This document shows, piece after piece, positions 12,640-26,040 of a DNA stretch of 64,000 bases. The notes under the pieces are model-generated. The model searched no databases, was not told the origin of the DNA, and saw only the letters and a list, made by a program, of their open reading frames with translations. Source of the stretch: Octopus bimaculoides (lineage: Eukaryota). A program made the position numbers and the translations under genes. The stretch spans positions 53,371,478-53,435,477 of the forward strand of contig NC_068995.1 of NCBI RefSeq assembly GCF_001194135.2, read 5' to 3'. Each line of letters begins with the position of its first letter. Position 1 is the stretch's first letter.

Positions 12640-12910
12640 TCATTCGTTGGAAGAAGGATGAAAAGCCAAACTGACGCCTCATCACCCATTGGATTTGAAC
12701 TTAGATCTTGAGGACCTTGTAACTAAAGACTACGGCATTTCGTCCGATCACTTAACGTTTTCGTCGTAGAAATATATACCGATCCAGTTCTTAAGACTGC
12801 AAAGTTGAAAGGCAAAGTCGATCTGGACGGGATTTGAACTCAGAACGTAAGAAGGTACAAGTAAATACCGCAAGGTATTTTAGTTTGAAACTAACGAACC
12901 TGTTAATTCA
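12640..12910 (-). mobile_element. Two tandem heads of SINE family B
   Basis: atttgaactcagaacgtaa...aaataccg...gcatttcgtccg is the reverse complement of the family B head. Confidence 0.6.
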
Positions 12911-13000
12911 TCGCCCTGAAGGACTTGCGTGCATTTTTTTCTGTCGAACACTGCTGTTGTTTTTGCAAAGCTTTCCCGCGATGTTCTAAGCTAGCACGTT

Positions 13001-13023
13001 ATCACATGATCAAGTGACGTCAC
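13001..13023. promoter_or_regulatory. CRE palindrome GTGACGTCAC next to E-box TCACATGA in a CpG-rich stretch
   Basis: atcacatgatcaagtgacgtcac; motif match only. Confidence 0.25.
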
Positions 13024-16000
13024 AGCTAGTTGATCTTGGGACAACGACGACGACGCAAACGTCGGGAGGGGCATTCCGATTCATTGCTTTGCGCTATTAT
13101 TGTACTGTTGTTTGGCTCCAGGGTTAAACCCGATGCGTGCAGGCGGCCTTCTAAATCTGTTATGTAGAACTTCGTTATCTAATGTGTGTTTTAACTAAGG
13201 CTGGAGTATGTGGCTTGGAGGCTGCTATTTCTAGCGTAGAAGTTTCTGCGTTGGCATGTGAACTGTAGTGTAGAATCTTTGCGCTTGAACCTCACGTATG
13301 TAACACTGTGAATGAAAAGAAAAAAACTGCAAAAAAAAAAACAAAAACTTCGACTAACTAAAATTATCCAAGAAATTGGTTGACAAAATTTTCCTCTGGT
13401 GGGGATGTTTAAAATCTAAACAACGAAGAAGGGAGATAAATCCAACAAGATCAGCGGATCGAAATATTCAACACTACATAATGCAGATTGTTCAGGTCCT
13501 CGGTTCGTCTCTCGTTTTCTTATCTCTCGTTGCTTATCCATTCATGCTGCAGTTGCTGACTTTCCGGTGCTGATGCAACGCCAACATATTTTCTGCTGCA
13601 GTGTATAGCTTTGCTGTTTGCACCGAGAATGCAAGTGCATCACTAGTCGTCACGAGATGATTTGGCGCTCCAATTTAACTCAAGTCAATTTATTTTCTTT
13701 ACTCAATAAATAATAATATAGTAATAATGAAAGCGACCTCAATATCAACAGCATACCACTACTGACACGACCTCATTCATAGAATATATCAACTGCAACA
13801 GAATAGCAGCAATAGTAACACGAGAAAATAAATAGCTGAACTCCGAGACCGGTATGAGAGTACAAGCAGACGGAGAAGACGTGAAAGAAGAACCGTAACA
13901 ACAACAATACACCATCGTTATCACCACCAAACAGCATTATTAGTACGCACGAAAACAATAACTTGTCAGTCCCAGCCTGAATTGTAAAGTTTCATGTATA
14001 TGTGACGAAGCGTGTAAATATGTGATAGAAACGAAAGTCTGACTAAACACAACAGTGAAAGAAGAAGACTGGCGACAACTGCAACGGGAACAAACGATAT
14101 AAAAATCAATATCAATATCGGCAACTGATATAAATAAATATAAATATCATCTGCACAGAATATAGAACAACGGAACAGTATTCTACGTAACAACGGAACA
14201 TCTTTCTACGGAACAGTGGAACATACCCCGGGAAAGGGAACAAGCTAAAAGTATTGCAATGGCTTGAGAAATATCTGTATATTCCTTTTAATATTATTAT
14301 CTTTTACGTCTCCCTTTTATCGATATCCTCCACTTAGATTCCCCGTTTTTCATATTTTGGAATTAAACAACACAGCAACATCGATAGGACCTTAGGATAA
14401 ACACAAGTCATGTTTGTATTACCAAGTCGCCGTTTGATTCTTAATTAAAATGGTAAGTAATGTTATCAGATGATTTCTTTTGACGTGACCAACTTTTTGT
14501 AGAGTATAATTAATTTTTTTCGGGGAAAAAAACCCCTTAATTGTTTTTAAAATTTAACCTCATCCAAACCAAGGAGTACGCGCAAATTTGTATTTCTGAA
14601 TGATTGATTGAAATATTTTCCTTTTTTTTATTTATTTGTAGCTAGTAATTAAGTGGACTTCATATCGATAGATGAAATATTAAGTTTGCTTTAATTAAGG
14701 TCTAAATTCGCAATTACAAACCATAACAATTAATAGTAACTACTCTAACCACTCGTTGTAGAACGATGGTTTACACTGCAAGCACGGGTTGGTTTCATTA
14801 AACACTTAAGTAACATGAATTAATTTCTTTGGACTTGAATGTGTTATAAAGAATGATGTCGCAATTATAATGTACTCCTTAATTATTCTATCGATTCTTG
14901 AAATACTAAAAGGCAGAGAGTAGACTTGAGTTGAAATCGAACCGGGAAATATAGAGGGACATATCTTTTTTTTTTCTTTCTTATTGTTTCCGTATAGAGA
15001 TGGCGAATATAGACGATCGAATTTTATCAAAGTATCTTACTGTATTTGGGGGTTTATAAATGATTGTTTTGCCATCAAATGAAAGAAACAAATACACACA
15101 TATTCACATATCTTGTCTATATATTCAGATATTTCAGGAACCACACCTGTTTAAATATTATTGAATTATTAAATAACAATAATTACAAACCTTACACATT
15201 TTCAATATTAAAATCTTTATTTCGTTGTGAAAATAATTTTTTTTTTACAACCATTACCCTACGTGATTGCTTTCTATTTTCTTAATAAATTCGGAGTGCG
15301 CGTGTGTGCATTTGAATATATATATATATATATACACACACACATGGGTCTCAAAATGCGTAGATAACTATGAACAAATTGAAATTTTCACCTACACTCT
15401 GACGCACTGCGTTTATTAATTATTATTTATTTTCTAATGAACATGCACACATATCTCTGTCTCTCACCCCCTTATCTCTGTTTCTCTCTCTCTCTCTCTC
15501 ATCTCGCTCTGTGTGTGTGTGTGTATGTGATTGTACGTATGGTAGGTGGATGTGTGCATGGAAAACGTAAGATGTACATTGTGTTCTGTTTTTCATCTCG
15601 GTAAAAGCGACGTATTGATTCTAAAATGCTCCGGTTCGTCTGTCGAATGTTGATAACTAGATGCTTGCTGTATCATTTACTATTTATTCCATCCACAGAG
15701 AATGCGACGACCTGATGTTTCTATAGCTATTGCGAGATTGATGCTGTTTCACCATGTTTTTCTTCTCATTGATCATTGTGCATTTTATTATTTATTCTCC
15801 ACCGCCCACTTTCGATTTTCAAATCATTCCATCATTTGCATAAGACGAATGCACTTCGACTTCGATCTGTGTGCATATACCTCTACTTACATAACACACA
15901 TGTATGTATGTGTGAGTGTGTATATGTGTGTATAGGTGTGCAATGCACACTGCTGTCACCTTTACTCCCGTTTAAGCAATCACGATCAACGCTAACTCCA

Positions 16001-16349
16001 TCACCACCACCATTAATAAACATATCCAGCAACTATAATCACTACCACTTCTTTATAATCTGTGCCACAATCAGCACAAACAACGACTACAGCTAGCATT
16101 ACTACCACCACTGCTAGAAGTGTCACAATCCAGACGGTTTACAATCTCCACCACCACTATTACTACTACTATTGATAATAATAATAATCATATCTGCACC
16201 GCCGGCGCTGCTGCTGCTACCACCAACATGTCAATAATTTTCCTTTCACATTCGGCGCTCGTGTATATTTTAGTGTGTGCGTGTATGTACGCACATACAA
16301 TAGCGTCGGCAAAAGTTAAACCAAGTGTCGCATTATTTTTGTTATATAT

Positions 16350-16384
16350 ATATATATATCAGCAATCTTCCGGTATTAGTAGAC

Positions 16385-16418
<34 letters not shown>

Positions 16419-16465
16419 GTAAGCAATCTTCTTGTATTAGTAGATTGTGTGTGTATATGTGGTAT
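16350..16465. repeat. Two-copy ~60-bp minisatellite
   Basis: agcaatcttc..gtattagtaga..gtgtgtg occurs twice. Confidence 0.8.
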
Positions 16466-17324
16466 ATATATAATTATTATTTTCTTGTCTACGTTTTGTT
16501 TGCAATGTCCTGTACCCAGATATGCACCTATATATATACAGGTAGACATATGTATGCACATACCTGTACGTATATATGCATATACTCATTTATTATTTGT
16601 TTTACATGATCGAACGCCTGCGTCATCCCTGTTGTAAGTAGTTTTTTCAACTTTATATTTTCTGACGCGACTCTATCTATTTCTCTATCACTTTTTCCCC
16701 CTTCTCGTTCTTTCCCTGCTACTACTACGTATCTCTCTTTACCCCTCTCGTTCTTCGTTCTGTTACTACTATATCTCTCTCTTTCCCCTCTCGTTCTTCC
16801 TTCTGTCACTACTATATTCCTCTCGTTGCTCACCTATTCTTCTACTTCCTCCCCTTGTTTCTCCCTCTTCCTTACCCCCCCCCCCCTGGTCACATGCTTC
16901 CGGTCACTAATCCTTTTCTTCCTTGGCTATCGCCGAGCAAACACGCGAACTTACTTTGTCCCGACTTTCAGTTCGTGCCTCACAGCGTTCATATACACAT
17001 AATTTTTCACGTCTGGCCGCATAGCCTTTTTTCTTTTCGTTTGTTTTCCTGTCTTGTTTTTTGTCCGCCACTACATTCCTCCATGGCACAGGTTTAATTT
17101 GTGTATACAAATTTAATTTGCGGTCCATGGGAAGAGCCGTTTTAACGATNNNNNNNNNNNNNNNNNNNNNNNNNNNNNNNNNNNNNNNNNNNNNNNNNNN
17201 NNNNNNNNNNNNNNNNNNNNNNNNNNNNNNNNNNNNNNNNNNNNNNNNNNNNNNNNNNNNNNNNNNNNNNNNNNNNNNNNNNNNNNNNNNNNNNNNNNNN
17301 NNNNNNNNNNNNNNNNNNNNNNNN

Positions 17325-17364
<40 letters not shown>

Positions 17365-17856
17365 GTGTGTACATAGGATATGAAGCGGAGGTGTCAATAC
17401 GCGCACAAAAAAAAAAATCCCGAAAAGGGATGGGGTGCGTATTGTACATCTCTGCCGAATATTATGCATTATAGTATATATATTATTATATAGATATATA
17501 GTGTATGTGTGTGAGCGTGCACAGAAATCTGAGGAACGAGTTCTCAATGCATAGCATAGAGTAAATAACACCAATTAAAATATTGAGATTTTACGCAATA
17601 TTTACTTCGGATTTTGCGTTATTGCTTTTCGCCACATTGAAGACTGAATGAAGTGTTTTTAAACATAACTTTTTTTTTGTCTTGGAATTGCTCTTGAGTA
17701 TTGTCACCCATCATTACCAGATTTAGGAAGCCAGTAAAGACCCAAAATTTGGAAAAGGTTAAGAGGGTGAATTTATGTGAATGTTAAGCAAGTCTCTGCC
17801 AACGACTCTGAACATTTTTAATAAGAAGTTTAACTTTATATAACATCTCTGGCATA

Positions 17857-18075
17857 TACTACCGGGTGTCCACAAGGTCTGGGTACACGGAGTAAATAAA
17901 ATCATAATATAAACAATTAAATATAAGAAATAATAATTTCTTAAAGTATGTGTTAATCCCCATGTGGGTACATGGAGTAAATAAAATAATAACAAACAAT
18001 TAAATATAAGAAATAATAATTTCTTAAAGTATGTGTTAATCCCCATGCACCCAGACTTTGTGGACACCATGTATA
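17857..18075. mobile_element. Tc1/mariner-type MITE with an internal ~84-bp tandem duplication
   Basis: TIRs ggtgtccacaaggtctgggtac / gcacccagactttgtggacacc with TA flanks; 17881-17964 is repeated at 17966-18047. Confidence 0.8.
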
Positions 18076-18399
18076 CTTTGAACAAAACATTGTCGAATCT
18101 TCCCGCCTTTCTTGTTTGCTCATCTAACCAGATCAGACAGTTGCCTCATCAAAAGAACCCTTTGCAATGAAACGATTATTATTGCTTCTGGTTGGTGTAC
18201 TTTGGTTGAAGGCTGGTACCTAATCTGTTGTTGATGGCTCACTACTTAAAGATGCTAAACTTCATTGAATTCTAGCTTTGTTCAGTTATACATTAAATGG
18301 GTGACTCCTTTCATGGAACTTATACAGCTCCTAATTAATCCTATTTTTTGCAAATGATAAATTGTTACTGCTTATCCCCGTCTTCATATTTGATTTCTT

Positions 18400-19085
18400 A
18401 CGTTAAATTCTATAAGAAACGGGATCCAAAAGCAGCATCCAGATTCCACTGCTCAATAATAAAACATATAATAATAAAACATAATATATTTGAGAATGAT
18501 AGATGCTTACTGTAATTTTCCTTTGATGTGACAGAAACCATAAGTGCTTTTCAAAGTGTGATCAATGGAACGATCACTGACAGGAGTTCATGCTTATCCC
18601 AATAATGTTATTTTAGTTGGAAAAACTGTTGATGAATAACGATGGCGATTTGGCTCAATTTACTTCATTAATTAAGAGTTTTGACATTACAGTGAACAAT
18701 GGCGAATAGCTTCTCTGCCAAACATCCATTTGTTTCCTAGGATACAAAATAGAAAATAATTTGCTGAAAATAATTCTTTGCAATTAAACTTGGAATAATA
18801 AAAACCTCTTGTTGATTACCCAGCATACCTAATAATGCTGATCAACGACAGTTGCAAGGTTTCTTTAGTTACTACTTCAAAAAGTGTCTCATTTCTTGAA
18901 ATTAATTCGACATCTAATAAATCCTTTTGTTCCATTGCAAAGAAGATACCCAAGAGGTATTCATCTGCTTAAAACTTTGATAGTTAATACCTCTCTTTTA
19001 ACTATTTTACATAAAAATTCCACTACATGTTGAAACGAATGTCTCTGGGTCTATATAAAACTGATGCTTTCTTCAACCAAACTTT
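18400..19085 (+). pseudogene. Highly degenerate Ty3/Gypsy RT-RNase H relic
   Basis: Motifs occur in the expected order across stops and frameshifts: IQIPL..K.Y, FP(F)DVT..SAFQ.VI, AYPNNVILVGKT (YxDD), ICFLGYKI, SYY, PLHVETNVS (ETDAS). Confidence 0.7.
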
Positions 19086-19439
19086 CTTCATGTTCTCAAC
19101 AAAATCTTTCCTAAACTGAAAAGGAAGATGTCTCTCTCTAAGAAAGTCTTCGGAAGTGAACTTGTTTACTTAGAAGCTATTTCATATCACACATCGTTAT
19201 TTCAACGTTCGTTTTTCCATGTTTGCACGGACCAGGTGAAATTTGTTGAGGCAGGTTTTCTACAACTGGATACTCTTCCTGTCACCTATCTTCACCTGTT
19301 TCCAAATAAGGTAATATTTTTCCATGGCCATGTTTTTCTTGGAACATTGGAAATGTTGGACCCTGCTGTATGATGGTGACTCTTGTTTTGCAAATATCAT
19401 GTAATCTCAAGACAAGGAAGTCACCAAATTACATACACA

Positions 19440-19473
<34 letters not shown>

Positions 19474-19480
19474 GCCTGTC

Positions 19481-19520
<40 letters not shown>

Positions 19521-20941
19521 CCTGTCATGTATGTATATATATATATATATNNNNNNNNNNNNNNNNNNNNNNNNNNNNNNNNNNNNNNNNNNNNNNNNNN
19601 NNNNNNNNNNNNNNNNNNNNNNNNNNNNNNNNNNNNNNNNNNNNNNNNNNNNNNNNNNNNNNNNNNNNNNNNNNNNNNNNNNNNNNNNNNNNNNNNNNNN
19701 NNNNNNNNNNNNNNNNNNNNNNNNNNNNNNNNNNNNNNNNNNNNNNNNNNNNNNNNNNNNNNNNNNNNNNNNNNNNNNNNNNNNNNNNNNNNNNNNNNNN
19801 NNNNNNNNNNNNNNNNNNNNNNNNNNNNNNNNNNNNNNNNNNNNNNNNNNNNNNNNNNNNNNNNNNNNNNNNNNNNNNNNNNNNNNNNNNNNNNNNNNNN
19901 NNNNNNNNNNNNNNNNNNNNNNNNNNNNNNNNNNNNNNNNNNNNNNNNNNNNNNNNNNNNNNNNNNNNNNNNNNNNNNNNNNNNNNNNNNNNNNNNNNNN
20001 NNNNNNNNNNNNNNNNNNNNNNNNNNNNNNNNNNNNNNNNNNNNNNNNNNNNNNNNNNNNNNNNNNNNNNNNNNNNNNNNNNNNNNNNNNNNNNNNNNNN
20101 NNNNNNNNNNNNNNNNNNNNACGCATTATATGTGCTTGATAATGTTATTACACAAGTGCTGCTTCTGTTTCATATTTGAGTGTGTGTTTGTGTGCATATA
20201 TACATACATATATATATATATATGCAAATACACACACACATATACCTAAATGTACACACACGTATATGGGCGTGTGTATGTATATAAAGAATATATGGGG
20301 TTTAGTTCACTGATCTAAACGAATAGGTATGCTATACAAGTGCTATAATTGTATAATTGTATGCTATACAAGTGCTATAATCCGTTAGGTTCCAAGTTCA
20401 CAGCTGAGGCTGGAGCTAGATATCTGTTGTAGGCTTCCGAGTCAGCAGGTATATAGCTGTGTGTATATGTATTATATATATATATATATGTATATATATA
20501 TTATATACACACACACACACCAATGTATGTTCACTCCTCACCTGACTGATTTGGTTTTAGCAGAGAGAAAATTGTTTCTCCATTAGAATAAATATTCCAT
20601 GTTATCATCTCCAGATGGATTTTGCTGGAACAAACGTTTTTATTATTGATTAACCTAGCTTGTTTTTATTGTCATTGGCGTTGTTTAGTCTCAGATCAGC
20701 CTTTTACCAAGCGTATCTAGGAATGACGCCATTCCAACCATTCGAGTATAGGGTTACTCTGACTACATTGCCCTCAGTAAATGACTGGTATTTATTTTAC
20801 TGACCTGGCTGGGATGAGAGCAGATGAGGATGATAATGATGTTTAACACCCCAAGTCACGCATGATTGAGCAGATCAATGATCAAAAGCATTCATACTGA
20901 CAAGTCCAAATTTTTCTTTTCAAGGATTGTATACCTTAGTC

Positions 20942-21227
20942 CAGTGGTTCCCAGACTTTTTCAGGCTGCCACCCCCTCAGCACCCGGGCCACATTCCTTC
21001 CCCCTCCTCCACTTATCACCCTTAAGCAGAGATTACTTTCTGCAGCAAATTCAACACAACTGTATTTCACGAATAAAACCTAACCTAATTAACTCATTGT
21101 CTGGGATTTTTTTACATGCATCACCCTCTTTTGGCCGTCCCATTATCACCCAACTTTTCTTCAATGCCCACCCTGGATCTTTCCACTGCCCCAAAGGGGT
21201 CAGTACTGCCCACTTTGGGAACCACTA
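20942..21227. mobile_element. hAT (Charlie-like) MITE
   Basis: TIRs cagtggttccca / tgggaaccacta; degenerate 8-bp TSD ccttagtc / ccctagac. Confidence 0.78.
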
Positions 21228-21739
21228 CCCTAGACTGTAATGTTGTTTGAGAGGGATTCGGCTGCTATTTCTAGCAAGTTTAGCAACTGCATAGAGAGAC
21301 AGAGAAACTTTAAAATACAAAGATCTGGAAATGGAGGTAACTTGAATGTGGAGTCTAAAGAACAGAACCAATTCCTATCATAGTAGGCGCATTAGGTATG
21401 ATAAAAATAATTCAGACAAACACATAACAAAAACACCAGGACTAACAAGTATATATAGCATACAGAAAATGGCACTACTAGGCACTGCACATATCTTATA
21501 TAAAACACTTTCAATACAGTGAAAATAAGAGCACCATAACAAACCACAGCACATACCCGAGGCACACAGAGCTGCGCTCGGTAGTGCAGTGAAATCACTT
21601 GATAAAAATAAGACTACTGAATGATAATAATAATAATAATGGTTCTTAGAAAATCATTTACGATGACAGTAATGATTAATATTATAATAATTATAATAAC
21701 GTAAAATATTATAATATTACATTGCATTTTCAGATAAAT

Positions 21740-22065
21740 TTAGTTTTTACTGTTTATTTTTAATCCTCAATCAATAATGTATTCTCCGTCGTTGTTCATG
21801 ACTTTTAGCCAGTGTTTCACCGACTTGTTAATGTCATGATGGTAGAAATTGCCAGGTCATTTACTTGAAAAATTCATCGAGCCACACTTTTAGCTCCATG
21901 TCAGTGTTGAATGAGATGCCTTGGAGAGTGACCAAAAAAGGGGATAATCTGAAGGTGCTTTATCAGGAGGATATGGTGGATGGGGTAGAACTTTCTAACC
22001 AAGCTCTTGAATGGCATTTTTGGTAAAGTTGGTGACATGGGGGTGAGCATTGTTGTGTTGAAGAA
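21740..22065 (-). pseudogene. Mariner transposase C-terminal fragment
   Basis: Minus strand HNNAHPHV...VLPHPPYPPDKAPSDY...W.KVMNNDGEYIID* with frameshifts. Confidence 0.88.
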
Positions 22066-22092
22066 GCTTGCTGTATCACTGGTTGGTTTGTT

Positions 22093-22415
22093 GTTGAGTT
22101 TGTCAGCTCCTTCCTCTACCAGGGCTCCACAGTCACCAACAATGGAGACCTGACCCTAGAAACTAACTGTAGATATTGTCTGACCCCTGGGGTCATGTAC
22201 TCTCTATGGAAGCCCCTTTGGCACCAATGCTCTATCTCCTAGGAAGACGAAGCTCTGCATCTACAATGCATCAACCCTCTCCATTTTCCTCTGTAGAGCA
22301 GAAATATGGCCCCTCTTGAAGATCCTGGCAAAGAAGATTGACAGCTTCAGTAGCAAAGCCCTGAGAACACTCAAGAACATCAGATGGTACCATTGTGTTT
22401 CCAACAAAAAACTGT
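22093..22415 (+). pseudogene. RTE-clade LINE RT C-terminal fragment
   Basis: VEFVSSFLYQGSTVTNNG...LW...TKLCIYNA.TLS...AEIW...IDSF...LR.L.NIRW...VSN with one frameshift. Confidence 0.82.
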
Positions 22416-23021
22416 GTTGCCCCAGTATGGCCACAGTTTAAATGCCTGAAACCAGTAAAAGATAAAAGACTAGTAATAAATTCATACCATGAAAGGTCAC
22501 TGAAACCAGCTTCAGTCTCAGTGGACAGATCAGGTCATTTTACAGAATCACTTACAGATGCTGTGGTAGACTGCATGCTAAAGATTTGTTCCTCTAAGTT
22601 CCTTTAGGGTTAACAGAGGGTTTGAACCCATAATAATGTTCTGGGAATTGTCAAGGAAGCACTGCATAGATTTTCAGATAAAGAAAAAAAAAAAAGAGAA
22701 AAAGAAAACTTTGGCTATTTTCCAAGAATACTTGACCTGGAAATGCCAGTTCATATTAAGCTGTAATAGACATAGCAATCTACATTGATAAAATCAGAAC
22801 AAAGCCACCATATTCCACACACTCGTCCACCGTGCATGCATTAATGGTCTGTAGACTCATCGAGAACCGCTGGATATTGCATTTCCTGTTCTCTTCTTTT
22901 AGCATATCCATTATTTAAAATTATTATACAAATAAAACTTGCTAACATATGAGTCTTTATCTATTGTGGGTGTATTTGTGTATGTATGTTTGTATGTGTA
23001 TGTATATATATGTATATATAA

Positions 23022-23052
<31 letters not shown>

Positions 23053-23212
23053 ATCATTTATGTATATATGGATATAGTCATTATGCGTGCGTGTGTGTGC
23101 ATATATACATATATGTGGATATCTACATACACCCACGCAATCATTAGATATTATCTATCCTATCTATCTTTCTGTCTGTCTGTCTGTCTGTCTGTATGCT
23201 TCTGTCTATGTT

Positions 23213-23267
<55 letters not shown>

Positions 23268-23399
23268 CTCTAATGTAATGTTCATTACTTGTGTGTGTGT
23301 ATATATGTATATATATATATAACCTGAGGGCTCTTATGGTACCTGCCTGGAAAATTTATCCCTATATACTCATTGTACATACATTCATGAATGCGTGTA

Positions 23400-23403
23400 T
23401 TCA

Positions 23404-23437
<34 letters not shown>

Positions 23438-23885
23438 CATATATACATACATGGTGATTGTCCATTCCTTATACAGAGTTTGACCACCTTCTGTACCTAC
23501 ACCTTAGCAACATCATGGCTTCTGATGTGGCTTTTTAACCCAGACAATGTTCTGAAAAGGTACCCACATAGATTGCATATCCGATTTGGACCATCAGTAC
23601 CTGCAGATAAGTTCTGATCTTTGTGGATCTTAAAATGTCTTTTGAGGCCTCCGTTGGATTTGCAAACCTTCTGGCATACACTGCATTGAAAGGTGTGCAC
23701 AGACATAGAGGCAGAATAGTTGGTGGAGGTTCGTTTTCCATGGGTTCGCAGATGAGATTGGAGGCCTGCCAAAGAGAGGCATGTTCTGTCACAGACTGTG
23801 CACACACAATCATAGCTTTAATTGAGGGGATTCCTGCAGATGCAAGGACATCTGTGTTTGGAATAAAAGAACATACATACATACA
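23400..23885 (-). mobile_element. 3' end of an RTE-like LINE encoding three intact C2H2 zinc fingers (ORF 23497-23805), with (ATGT)n tail
   Basis: CTVC..CLSLAGLQSHLRTH, CSVC..CKSNGGLKRHFKIH, CNLC..FRTLSGLKSHIRSH; no TGEKP linkers; short 3'UTR then ATGT repeats. Confidence 0.7.
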
Positions 23886-25439
23886 TAGGAAAATCTTCTT
23901 TCAGTTTCCATCAACCAAATCCACTCACAAGGCTTTGGTCAGCCCTAGGTTATAGTAGAAGACACTTGCCCAAGTGTGTGTGTATGTGTATAGATACAGT
24001 TCTGCGTTATTCGTGTAACAAAATTAACTTTGTTTCATAACTCTGGGAAATTGGAAAAAATATGTATCAGTTATTTTCTGGGACCAACCTTATGACCTCC
24101 TTTTGTCTCATATGTGTAGCCTTGTACCCAACAAGAGAAATTATTATTTCTATCATTGGTGTGATGATGATGATGATCATCATCATCATTGTATCACTAT
24201 CAATATGAGCATCATCACTACTATTCTGTTGCAGAATTAAAGCTTATGACTTTTGACAATATCTACGGCATTTATTGACAAACGGAATTTTGCCCAGCAA
24301 AGACAAATACAAATATGCTGTCATTTATTTGCTTTGCTATAGACTATGCCCTGTTGTCTGAATGACGTCCTGTTTGTTTGGTTTTATATAAAGCAGCATT
24401 TTGACAAGTTGTTTCAATAGTTATCTTTGATTCATGCTGTCATAAACTAGAGCGTGTTTNNNNNNNNNNNNNNNNNNNNNNNNNNNNNNNNNNNNNNNNN
24501 NNNNNNNNNNNNNNNNNNNNNNNNNNNNNNNNNNNNNNNNNNNNNNNNNNNNNNNNNNNNNNNNNNNNNNNNNNNNNNNNNNNNNNNNNNNNNNNNNNNN
24601 NNNNNNNNNNNNNNNNNNNNNNNNNNNNNNNNNNNNNNNNNNNNNNNNNNNNNNNNNNNNNNNNNNNNNNNNNNNNNNNNNNNNNNNNNNNNNNNNNNNN
24701 NNNNNNNNNNNNNNNNNNNNNNNNNNNNNNNNNNNNNNNNNNNNNNNNNNNNNNNNNNNNNNNNNNNNNNNNNNNNNNNNNNNNNNNNNNNNNNNNNNNN
24801 NNNNNNNNNNNNNNNNNNNNNNNNNNNNNNNNNNNNNNNNNNNNNNNNNNNNNNNNNNNNNNNNNNNNNNNNNNNNNNNNNNNNNNNNNNNNNNNNNNNN
24901 NNNNNNNNNNNNNNNNNNNNNNNNNNNNNNNNNNNNNNNNNNNNNNNNNNNNNNNNNNNNNNNNNNNNNNNNNNNNNNNNNNNNNNNNNNNNNNNNNNNN
25001 NNNNNNNNNNNNNNNNNNNNNNNNNNNNNNNNNNNNNNNNNNNNNNNNNNNNNNNNNNNNNNNNNNNNNNNNNNNNNNNNNNNNNNNNNNNNNNNNNNNN
25101 NNNNNNNNNNNNNNNNNNNNNNNNNNNNNNNNNNNNNNNNNNNNNNNNNNNNNNNNNNNNNNNNNNNNNNNNNNNNNNNNNNNNNNNNNNNNNNNNNNNN
25201 NNNNNNNNNNNNNNNNNNNNNNNNNNNNNNNNNNNNNNNNNTATATATATATATATGTATGTAAATATATAAAAACAAAAAGATAAAGAGAGCAAAGGTA
25301 ATGTTGGAGAAGTATTTTATGGATAGAGTTTATATATATTACTACTCAACCCCCTCCCCTCGTACCGTGTCTCACAATCAAAGACAGCGTTTAAGTGTTT
25401 TATTTTAAAAGAAATCCGGTAGATTCAAGTCAGACACAT

Positions 25440-25984
25440 ACACACACACATTTCTGCACATATACACCACACACACATGCATACATATATACGTACACAT
25501 TGCATTCATAAATACCTTTCATTATCTCATATTCATACACTCATTTGTGCATACGTTACATGCATAGAAATATACATGCATGCATTGCATTATCTTATAT
25601 GCATACTCATATGTACACACATACATTACATATATGCATACATACATACATGCATGAGCACATACATATATACATTATCTTATATACATACACTCATTAC
25701 ATACATGCTTACATTACATATATATTCATACATTCACACATCTGTACATTACATACATACAGTATCTTACATATATACATACACTTATTACGTACATACA
25801 TTACATATCTAGTCATGCATTCATATATACACACATACATACATTACATATATATATACATATATTACATGCATATTCATACATTCAGACATATGTACAT
25901 CACACACATACATATACACACACATACATATACACACACATACATACATACATACATACATACATACATACATACATACATACA

Positions 25985-26018
<34 letters not shown>

Positions 26019-26040
26019 CACACATTATATACATTACATA
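25440..26040. repeat. Degenerate (ACAT)n/(AC)n/(AT)n compound microsatellite
   Basis: Visible; it generates His/Ile/Tyr/Thr pseudo-ORFs. Confidence 0.9.

Noticed and set aside
16680-16830. Regularly spaced ~55-bp repeats (CRISPR-like spacing)
   Set aside because: A degenerate pyrimidine-rich tandem repeat without unique spacers, in a eukaryotic context.
23497-23805. Standalone host C2H2 zinc-finger gene
   Set aside because: No TGEKP linkers, an in-frame stop just upstream, a microsatellite tail and no convincing splice context; a LINE 3' end fits better.
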